The translations under genes were made by a program, and so were the position numbers. Shown here piece after piece: positions 1 through 16,300 of a stretch of 64,000 nucleotides of DNA. The notes beneath the pieces were generated by a model. The model was given only the letters and a program-made list of their open reading frames with translations, was not told the origin of the DNA and ran no database searches. Origin of the DNA: Antechinus flavipes (lineage: Eukaryota); contig NC_067400.1 of assembly GCF_016432865.1 (NCBI RefSeq), forward strand, positions 63,922,001 to 63,986,000, in the 5' to 3' direction. Numbering within the stretch: position 1 is the first letter of the stretch; each line of letters starts with the position of its first letter.

Positions 1-204
1 CCCTTGCCCCACTTTCTTGAGATGCACAAGGCAGGTAGGTGGTGGTCTCAAGGTCTAGATAAAGCCCAAGAACTCCCCTTCCCCACTCTTTTGAGATGGA
101 CAAGGCAGGTAGATGGTGGTCTCGAGGACGGACTGGGTGAGGAAGCCCAAGTCTCCCCTCTTTCCCTACTTTCTTGAGGTGGACAAGGCAGGTAGGCTGT
201 GGTG

Positions 205-3200
205 ATGGCACAGTTTGACACCGAGTACCAGCGGCTGGAGGCCTCCTACAGTGATTCACCCCCTGGAGAAGAAGACTTGCTAGTGCATGTCCCTGAGGGA
301 AGCAAGTGTGAGTTCCTGGGGAGAGGGCCGTGGGGTGGCTGGGGAGACTCGGCCAGAGAAGGGTGGTCCTGACTTCCTTATTTCCACAGCACCCTGGCAT
401 CACATTGAAAACCTTGACCTCTTTTTCTCTCGGATATCCTTTTGTGTTGGGTTACGGGGGAGGAGAATGCCCAAACTTAGCCACTTTCCAAGCAGACTGA
501 GGAGGAGGAGGTGGGGTGGCATTGAGGCTGTGTCTGAGAAACAAAGGTGGGAGGCGCTCAGAGTTAAGGGGCAGAGATGTGGGTGGAAGTGATGGTTTTG
601 GGACCCACTGTTCGGGTATCCTGGTCCCTCACTTACCCAAAGTGCTTTCTTAACGGCCACACGTCTATAACCTGCACCAGAAGAATGGCTTTACCTGCAT
701 GCTCATCGGGGAGATCTTTGAACTCATGTAAGTAGACTGAAGAGTGAAGAGTTTCAGCCTCCTGCTCCCCTTTCTCCACTGACAAAGGTAGTGGAGCTGG
801 CCCCTGAGCTGGGGCCACACACACCTCCTTTCTGAGGCTTCTCCCTCTCGGCTGTCCTTTTCACTTTCCCCTGTGCGTCTCCCTGGTGGTGCCCTGACAC
901 CAGAAGACAGAAGTACCCTCCTGCTCCTTTTTCCTCCTAGGCAGTTCCTCTTTGTGGTGGCCTTCACCACCTTTCTGGTTAGCTGTGTGGATTATGACAT
1001 CCTCTTCGCTAACAAGATGGTGAATCACAGTCTGCACCCCAGAGATCCTGTCAAAGTCACCCTGCCGGACGCTTTCCTGCCTGCCCAGGTTTGCAGTGCC
1101 AGGTAAGGTCTAATTTTTCACTTATAGCATCACATCCCCTTTGTGTGTAAGACAAAATTTTCTCTGGGAAATAGAAATTTAAGTCTAAACGTCAGCCTCG
1201 TTAGTAGTGTTGTGCTTTCTCTTGTAATTATAACTTGTTCTTCAGCACATGATGCTTATTTTTTTCTTAAGGCAGGTCAGTGCACATCAAGGCTAAAACT
1301 TGTGGCAATGTTGCTACTGCCATACAATCAGTTGGGGAGTGGTAGCATGTAGGACGCTCAGATGTAGTGACAGGCCTGCAGAATGGCCTTTGGGGCAGGC
1401 AGGCAGGTGGGCCAGGGCTCTCTATTCCCGTCCCCTTTTCCACCAGGATCCAAGAGAACGGCTCCCTTATCTCCATCCTGGTTATTGCTGGCGTCTTCTG
1501 GATCCACCGACTCATCAAGTTCATCTACAATGTTTGCTGCTACTGGGAAATCCATTCCTTCTACCTCCAGGCGCTGCGTATCCCTATGGTAAGACGGACT
1601 GGGAGAGGGGAGCATGGGAAGATGGTGACAGGGAACAAGAGCTCAGCTTCCGGGCCCATGGCTTTTTCAGTCCACACTTCCGTACTGCACCTGGCAAGAG
1701 GTCCAGGCGCGGATCGTGCAGACGCAGAAGGAGCACCAGATCTGCATCCACAAGCGGGAGCTGACGGAGCTCGACATCTACCACCGCATCTTACGCTTCC
1801 AAAACTACATGGTGGCGCTCGTCAACAAGTCCCTCTTGCCGCTGCGTTTCCGGCTGCCCGGCCTGGGAGAAGCCGTCTTCTTCACGCGCGGCCTCAAGTA
1901 CAACTTTGAGCTCATTCTGTTTTGGGGACCCGGCTCCCTGTTTCTTAACGAATGGAGCCTGAAGGCCGAGTACAAGCGCGGCGGTCAGCGCCTGGAGCTG
2001 GCCAGCGCCTCAGCACCCGCATCCTCTGGATTGGCATCGCCAACTTCCTGCTCTGCCCCCTCATCCTGATCTGGCAGATTCTCTATGCCTTCTTCAGCTA
2101 CACGGAGGTGCTGAAACGGGAGCCGGGGGCCCTGGGCGCCCGCTGCTGGTCCCTCTACGGCCGGTGCTACCTTCGGCACTTCAACGAGCTGGAGCACGAG
2201 CTGCAGTCGCGCCTCAACCGGGGCTACAAGCCGGCCTCCAAGTACATGAACTGCTTCCTTTCTCCCCTGCTCACGCTGCTGGCCAAGAACGGCGCCTTCT
2301 TTGCCGGGTCCATCCTGGCGGTGCTCATCGCCCTCACCATCTACGACGAGGACGTGCTGGCCGTCGAGCACGTGCTCACGACCGTCACCCTCCTGGGGGT
2401 CGCTGTCACTGTCTGCAGGTGAGCAGGAGTGCAGGGCGGCGGGAGGAGACGGAAGCAAAGGCGGCCGGCTGGGAGGGGTCACCAGGAGCCGTCTCTTCCA
2501 GGTCATTCATACCCGATCAGCACATGGTCTTCTGCCCCGAGCAGCTGCTGCGAGTGATCCTGGCCCACATCCACTACATGCCTGACCACTGGCAGGGGAA
2601 TGCCCACCGCTCTCAGACTCGGGACGAGTTTGCCCAGCTCTTCCAGTATAAGGCAGTGAGTGGGGCCGAGGTTAGGGCTGTGATGGCAGCCGGGGGAAGC
2701 GCAGGGGAAGGCTGGCGCCCCTGGGTCTCTCTGGAGTCTGCATCTCCCTGATCCCCAGCCCCTTCCACTTCAGGTATTCATTGTGGAAGAGCTGCTGAGT
2801 CCCATTGTCACACCCCTCATCTTAATCTTCTGCTTGCGCCCACGTGCCCTGGAAATAATCGACTTCTTCCGAAACTTCACTGTGGAAGTTGTTGGAGTTG
2901 GGGACACTTGCTCTTTTGCTCAGATGGATGTTCGGCAGCACGGTCATCCTCAGGTGATCCAGAGTGCCCATGAATATCTCCGTCATTGTTGGTGGTTCCA
3001 CCCCCCCCTCCTCCCCCTAGCAAGTTACAGAGCCACTGATTTGGCTGCCCATGGAGTAGGGGGAGGACTGTCACAGGGGGCCCTGTGTGGAGAGACCGAC
3101 AGCTTCTCTGATAAACCGTTTTCTCCATCTGCAGTGGATGTCTGGGGGCCAGACAGAGGCCTCAGTTTACCAGCAGGCAGAGGATGGGAAGACAGAGCTG

Positions 3201-5093
3201 TCGCTCATGCATTTTGCCATCACTAATCCTGGCTGGCAGCCACCTCGTGAGAGCACGGCCTTCCTGGGTTTCCTCAAGGAACAAGTTCAGCGAGATGGAG
3301 CTGCAGCTGGGGTCCCCTCAGGGGGACCCCTTCCCGAAAATGCTCTTTTCACTTCTATCCAGTCCTTACAGTCTGAGTCAGAGGTATGCCTTGAGAATAA
3401 AAAGCTCAAATGTGGCAGTGTCCACCTATGGGCCCTGGACGGTTTGGGTGGACAGAAGCCCTGCTTGGTGCATGTGGCACTAGGCCCCATCCAGGCCAGC
3501 CTTTTCAGACATGGGGCCTTGGGACTGTGAGGTCTGGAGTTGGGCAAGATTCGAGCTTGGCCACCTTCCCTCCTTTCAGGGCGGAGAACCTTGGAGAACA
3601 GGGGACCCTGTCTTCCTTGGAGCCTTCTGACGACTCCTCTTCTTTGCAGCCACTAAGCCTGATTGCGAACGTGGTGGCGGGTTCGTCGTGCCGAGGTCCC
3701 CCCCTGCCCCGGGAGCTGCAGGGCTCCAGGCACCGGGCTGAAGTTGCCTCCGCCCTTCGGTCTTTCTCCCCACTGCAGCCAAGCCAGGGCCCCACAGCCC
3801 GAGCGCCCGGTACTCTGAGTGGCTCAGGGTGAGGAGCAGCGGGAAGGCCGAGCTCCGGAGGGGGCTCTCCTTTGGTGGGGAGGGCGGCGAGGGGAGGGGC
3901 CAACTCGAGGGGCTTGGTCTGGGTCTGTGGAGGAAGGAACAAATAGAGAGCACTGCTTTGGAGAAGCAGATTCCTCCGGCTCTGGTGATAGAGCTGTGTT
4001 CTGGGGCTATGGGGGACAGGGTGGATGCCCGGACAGCCAGTTCTGGAAGCAGCGTGTGGGAGGGGCAGCTGCAGAGCCTTGTGCTATCTGAATATGCTTC
4101 CACAGAGATGAGCCTTCATGCCCTCTACATGCACCAGGTGAGTGGGCTGGGGCTCGGGGCACCGGGTGGGAATGTGGGGGGCTGGAAACCACTAGTCTGG
4201 GGAATGGCCAACTTGGCAATACAAGGGTTGTTGGGGAGGGGCATTTCCTCCAGTGCCATGCTGCTTGATCCCCTCTATGCCCACAGTTGCACAAACAGCA
4301 AGCACAGGCAGAACCAGAGCGGCACGTGTGGCACCGACGGGAGAGTGACGAAAGTGGCGAGAGCGCCCCCGAAGAGGGAGCCGAGGGCTCTCGGGCCCCT
4401 CCCAGCCTCCCTCGCTCCGCCAGTTACCCTTGTGCTGCTCCTCGGCCCGGAGCCCCAGAAACCACTGCTCTTCAGGGGGCCTTCCAGCGGCGCTACGGGG
4501 GGATCACCGGTGAGGACGAGGCCCACGGAGGGAGAAGGTTGTGGGAACAAGACAACTGGGGCATCCCGAGATGAGCAGCAAGTCAATGATTGCCTCAGCC
4601 TCTTTATGTAAAATTGCAATTCTGGGGTGACGACTCATGGAGTAGTTCCTGCCCACATGAGAGCATGGGCACCCTAATTCTGCACACGTGAGCGCAGCAT
4701 ACCCCATAGTTAGGCTGGACAGCCCCCCGCCTGCCCACTGCTCACAGGACCTTGATGGGGGTTCTCTTCTCTAGATTCGGGCTCTGCACCCCGGGCTCCC
4801 TCTCACTTCTCCCGCCTCCCCCTCGGAGGGTGGGCAGAGGATGGGCAGTCAGCGTCACGGCATCCCGAGCCGGTGCCAGAGGAGGGCTCCGAGGATGAGC
4901 TGCCACCCCAGGTCCACAAGGTAAGGAGTGGCCTCAGCAGCTTCTCCCCCTCTCCCCAGCCGGAAGCCTGAGGCACAGGCAGGGTGACCCTAAGCTCCCC
5001 ATCCCTTCAGCTCCAGGATGACTTGGAGGAGGGCAGAGCCTCAGCCCTGTCTCTGAGCCAGGCACCTGCTCTCCCTCTTCTTCGCAGGTATAG
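205..5093 (+). CDS. ATG9A: Autophagy-related protein 9A (lipid scramblase), 14 coding exons, 839 aa after correcting a 1-nt deletion
   Basis: Exons 205-307, 390-433, 663-727, 941-1102, 1447-1588, 1671-2418, 2502-2655, 2774-2953, 3135-3383, 3650-3828, 4020-4137, 4287-4509, 4775-4920, 5088-5093. Translation MAQFDTEYQRLEASYSDSPPGEEDLL...DELPPQVHKV* matches recalled human ATG9A almost residue for residue. Introns are GT-AG except one AT-AC (434-662). Exon 6 is 748 nt against 749 expected, with a frameshift at ~2002. Confidence 0.97.
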
Positions 5094-6121
5094 CCCTGGC
5101 TGAGGAAGGCCCTAGGGCCTCGATGAGCAGAAGTTATCCTCGACCCCCATGTGGCTGAGATCAGCTGGACACGGGGCTCCCTTGGGATTTGCTGCCTGGC
5201 TGTGCTGTGTTTGTCTGAGTGGGGCCCAGGGAAGTGCCAACTCTGTACTCAAAGTAGATCCAGAGAGCGGAAGGCCAGTCCTGGCAGCTGTAGGGCCTGG
5301 GGACACTGGACATTGGCGCAGTCCTGGCTGCCGGGCCCTGACTGCTGGCCCTACCCCCCCAAGCTTCACAGTGTGGTGCTAGGAACCAGCCCCCAAATCC
5401 CGGCCGCAGCACTGCCACCTCCCCTTGCTACTGCCTGCCCTGCCCGGGCCATGCCAACTGGGGTGCCCGTGCCAACAGTGGGGAAGCTGGGCCTGGGCCC
5501 TTCCCCCTCCTCGTTTGGGTGGGAGTCGAGGTGCTGAAAGACCGTGGACCCACCCTGCCCTCCCCCTTCCCCCCTCGGCCCTGCCTGCTCCCCTGCTCCC
5601 CGGGGTTTGTGTGTTTGCCCATTTGCCCTGCTAGGGCTTGGCTTATGCTTTGCACAGCTCCCTCTGGCCGAGATGTGGCCGGAGACCCCCGAGGGAGGGC
5701 TTTGCTTTGTTTTGGGTTTTTTTTTTTTAATCGCCGGAGCGGGACTTTGGAGCTCCTGATTTCCTAGGGTTTGGCCCTCCCCCTTTCATAGATTGGGCCC
5801 CTCGGATCCTCCCCTAGGTCCTTCCATTCTTAGTCCTCCTGCTGCTGGTCGCCACCTGTCCTGTTCCCGCAATCTCCTGCTTTGGAAGTGGGGCTGGCTC
5901 TGCTCCAGGATTTTGATTACCCACCAGGACTACACTTCCCGGCTTGCAGCGCGCAAGGGCGGGGTCGCTGCTCCCCCTCTGGCCCTCGCTGGCGCGTTGC
6001 ATGCTGGGATTCAAAGTCGCTACGCCGGGCACCGGTAACCACCGACCGATTTGCCGTGGTGGCTTTGGATCCGGAGTGGCGGAGCTCGCCCTGTAGGGCC
6101 GTGTACAGCTGGACGGCATTG

Positions 6122-6127
6122 AATAAA
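6122..6127 (+). terminator. ATG9A polyadenylation signal AATAAA
   Basis: AATAAA ~1 kb after the ATG9A stop, followed by GT/T-rich sequence (tttgatttggttgtgg). Confidence 0.7.
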
Positions 6128-6149
6128 AGAGGGACTTTGATTTGGTTGT

Positions 6150-6572
6150 GGTTCCCTAGCTGTTTGGTGTTCTCGGCGGCGCTCCCCTTTTCCCGGCCCA
6201 GCGCCGAACTCCGTCCCTCCTTTCCCCTCCCCCCCCCACAGGCGGGGAAAAGTTGGAGGAGTCCGGCTCGGACGAGCCACCAGAAAACCCTCCGGTTTTC
6301 TGCAGAATGCCGTCGTGGTTATTTGCGGGACCCCTTACCTCTCGGCTAACTCCGTCACGTGATGCAGGGTCGTCCTTGTTATTTTGTTACCTCCGCGTGC
6401 AGCGTGGCCTCCGCCCCTCGGGCAGAATTGGCCAATGGAACGTCTCTAACGGAACCTGGGGGCGGAGTGACAAACTGGGTGGCCGGGAGGCTAGGGTGGA
6501 GTGGGAACGTGCTTCAGAGGGACCCGAGTCCCGGAGACCCCGGCGCATGCGTCGCCGCTGACCTACCCGGCC
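6150..6572 (+). promoter_or_regulatory. ABCB6 CpG-island promoter
   Basis: CpG-rich. GTCACGTGA E-box at 6354-6362, palindromic ATTGGCCAAT double CCAAT box at 6427-6436, GC box GGGGCGGAG near 6458. Lies directly upstream of the ABCB6 ATG. Confidence 0.65.
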
Positions 6573-12733
<6,161 letters not shown>

Positions 12734-12881
12734 CGGAGGCTGCAGGGAGCATCCTCGTCGGTACCGGCTCATGGGAATCCCGTGATCGTGACATTCGGCT
12801 TCTCACCCCACTTCACCCTGTTCCTGGGGTACATTTGTGGGAAGGCCATACCTCCCCCTTCAGGGAAAATGAGACCTCAGA

Positions 12882-12887
12882 AATAAA
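12882..12887 (+). terminator. ABCB6 polyadenylation signal AATAAA
   Basis: AATAAA ~150 nt after the stop codon. Confidence 0.7.
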
Positions 12888-12980
12888 GTGTGGAGTGAAA
12901 CCTGAGCTCCGTTCTGCCTTTATAGAGAGCGAGCTTGAGAAAGATAGTCGTAAGAAGGGTACCACTGTTTGGTAAGATGC

Positions 12981-12986
12981 TTTATT
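12981..12986 (-). terminator. ZFAND2B polyadenylation signal (TTTATT on +)
   Basis: AATAAA on the minus strand ~320 nt past the ZFAND2B stop. Confidence 0.65.
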
Positions 12987-13304
12987 CCTTTCCAAGTCCA
13001 ACCTGCCTGCTCACCGGCTCAAGGGACAGAGGCCACAGCTCCAGGAAAACCTCTCCATGGGGGACACAGAAGGAAAGAGGGGACGGGGGAGAGGCTGGCT
13101 GCTTCTCTCCAAGCCAAACTCCACCTTCCCCCTTCAAACATGCGTAAACAGTAGGGCTTCCGGCCTCAGCTCAGGCACTCCTGGTGTGGTCTTCCTGGAT
13201 TCCCGCCGTCATTCTTGCTTTGAGCTTCTAGCCTCTTCCAGGGGATCCTGGAAGTGTGAGGGCCATAGCCCCTCTAAGCTGAGCCACCCTCCCCACTCCC
13301 GGGC

Positions 13305-16300
13305 CTAACAAAGGCTGCAGTTGGAGGGTTTCGGGCTTCGGCTTTGGGCCTGGAGCAGGGAAAGGGGAGAGAGAGAGGGAATGGGCAGAGTTAGGGCAGC
13401 CCCAGGGTAGAGCCTGCACAGAGACCCCTCCCCTCTCTGTTAACCCCATACCTGCTGCTTTCGGTACTCTTCCTCACTGGCTGACAGTGCTTGGGCCAGG
13501 GCTAAGTCTTCTTCCTCTTGAGTCCTGAGAGTCGAAGGTCAGCTTGAGACAGGATCCTTAGCCCCTTCAGCCCCCCACTCAGCGCCTCCCCCTCCCCCCC
13601 ATGCCTCCCCAGTTCTCAGAGCAGGTACCTGGGAGCCACAGGCTTGCCTTCAGTCAGAGACAGGATCAGCGCCTGCTGCAGGGCTTCATCCTCGCTCTGC
13701 CGAGAAAGACAAGTCACTCATCCCGCTCTCACTCGCCACCCATTCACTTCCCCTTCCTGGGTTCCTATCTCAACTCACCAGGCCATTCTGTAAGGCGTGA
13801 GTCGGTGACTCAGCAGCTCTAGGAGAGAGGAGAAAAACATAGCACGGGGATGGGAGCACAGGTGAGAAACAAGGTGGGGACGAGCGGAGACATACATACC
13901 TGCTGTGAGAGGGGGGCGAGGTTCTAGCCAGCCCTGGGCCAGGCTCAGGGGGGGTGCTAGAACCTAAGCCCTGGGCTCTGGAGATAGCAGCGTGTCTGCA
14001 GGGGAGAGATACCTTCTACATATACCCCAGGAACCAGTCACCTTCCCAGCTACCTCTCCTCCAAGGAGCAACCCAAGAGAAGTGCTCCACTGGAAGTGGG
14101 GGGGGGGGGGAAGGGGGAGGAAGCTGTTGTTCTAGGGAGCCACTACGGAGTATGGGGCAGTTGGGGAGTGCCTGAAGCTTGGGGGAGGGAGGGTCCCTGA
14201 GGAAAGCGCTCCTCGAGTTACCCGGGCTGGCTGGAAGGCAGTCTGTGCCCAGGGCATTCGTGGTCTAGCGGGTGCCTGTGCTTGAGACAGAAGTTTCGGC
14301 TGCATCGTTCACAAGTCAACTCCATCATTTCCCGTTGCCGGCAGCCGGGGCGGGTACACTTATTGGTGAAGATCTACGGGGAGACGGAAGACACTTTACA
14401 CTCATCCACTCCTGTCTGTGGTTGCCTAAAAAGCCAGCCTTCCCGCACAGAGTCTTTACTGCCAGAGGCAGATAGGATAAAGCAAAGCACAGGCGAACCT
14501 CACCTTACGTTTGCGTTGGGCTGGGTCGGATCGGCAGTCCCTGTCGATGTGCTCCCCCACGGCACGATCGGGGGATTCCCCTCTTGCCACAGGCACTGGT
14601 ACATTGCACAGTGGGCACACAGGCACCTGAACATCCTACAGCCAGGAAGGACAGAAGGAAAGGCACTGTTTATCCGATCTGCTTCTGGCAGTAAAGACAG
14701 TCTAGGAGAGCCCCAGGACGTGAACTGTGGACTCTGGGAACCCTTTTCCCCTCCTCCAATAACAGCCCTGACATAGCCTCAAGCTTAGATAAAGTAAGGA
14801 GATACATTCAGTGTGTATGTAGCAAGGCTCCTACTGTGTATGACAAACCATACTAGGTGAGACCCAGCAGTGTGTATCCTAGAGAAATATGACGGATGAC
14901 TGGGTGACACAGTGGGTAGAGAACTAAACCTGGAGTCATAAAGTCCTCAGTTCAAATTCGGCTTCAGGTATTAAGCAATGTGACCTTGTGCAAGTCAATT
15001 AAGTTCTGGCTGCCTCAGTTTCCTCAACCTATAAAATAGGGATGATAATGGCACCTATTTCCCAAGGTCACATGAGCATCTCCCTAAGCCTCTTTGAAAA
15101 CACGTAAGGCACTGTATAAATGCAATATATGACACGAATGATGAGTCATAAATACAAATCGGCACAACGCAAGACAAATTTGAGCAATGCTATAAAAGAT
15201 ATATAAAGAGATCTATAAGGATTTAGAGAAAAGACATATCTAGCTGAAGATATCAAATCTTCATGTAGGAAGTGACATTTTATCTGGGTATTGAAGAATA
15301 GGCAAGATTTAAACAATTTGGGGAGGAAGGGGCAGCCGCAATCTAATCCATAAGTGGCAACATCCAGGATAGATCAGAGAAGTTCTAAGAGTGAAGACTA
15401 GAAAAGTAGGTTGGAGGACTGTTAAGGGCCACAACTCTTGAACTTGAAACAAAGGATTCTTACAAGGTGCTAAGTCAGTGGAATTGAAAGAGACAAGAGT
15501 TATTTAGTGTGGTGCTTAACAGTTCTCTAGTTAAGTAATATAGTTTCACAAGATTCACACCTGTGATAAGAGAGCATATAAACTCGGACAAACTGAACCA
15601 GAATCAGAACTGGAAGACAGAGACTGTGGTGGCGGTCCTCCTGCCTCCCTCACAGAAACCAAGACACATTTAGGAGGACCTCAAGAAGCTGGGAGAGGCA
15701 GAGAAGACAAAGGACTGGTGGCAGGAGCTTAAACTCTCAGAACCAAGAAGAGAGATGGGTCTCTAAGAAAGCTAACCGGGCCCCAGGAAAGTGCAAGACT
15801 TGGAAAGAGACAATAAAGGATTTGGACCAATCCCTGGCTGCACTTGTGGTGATTACTGAACTGAAACCAAGGCTGCCTCCAGAGAAAACCTCAACAGAGA
15901 ACGTTACATTTTAGAGAGACTATCACAGAGGACTATGAATGTCAGGCTTTTGAGTATCAGAGAATCAGAAAACTGATTGATCAATGAGAAATGCATGACT
16001 AGTGATACATTTTAGAAAGACTTACCTGGTATAAGGGCAATAGAGGGAGGAGAAAATGGAGGCAATGACCAATTAGGCTAGTTGAATAGCAAGGAGGTTC
16101 TGGACAAGTGGAAGTAATAAGGGAAAGCAGTAGATAACTGAGAGATATTTTAGAAGAAGAATTGAAAGTGCTAGTAGACTGAAAAAATGGGAGGGATTAG
16201 AAAGAGGGAAGAGGCAAAGAAAATGGATCAAGCTTGGATGACTCGGAGAAAAATGAGAAGGCATCCAGCAGGACATGGAAGATAGGGAAATCATTCTCAT

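Noticed and set aside
3990-4019. Purine-rich ATG9A acceptor lacking a clear polypyrimidine tract (gggctatgggggacag)
   Set aside because: Frame and homology fix this acceptor unambiguously; a weak site alone does not indicate anything new.
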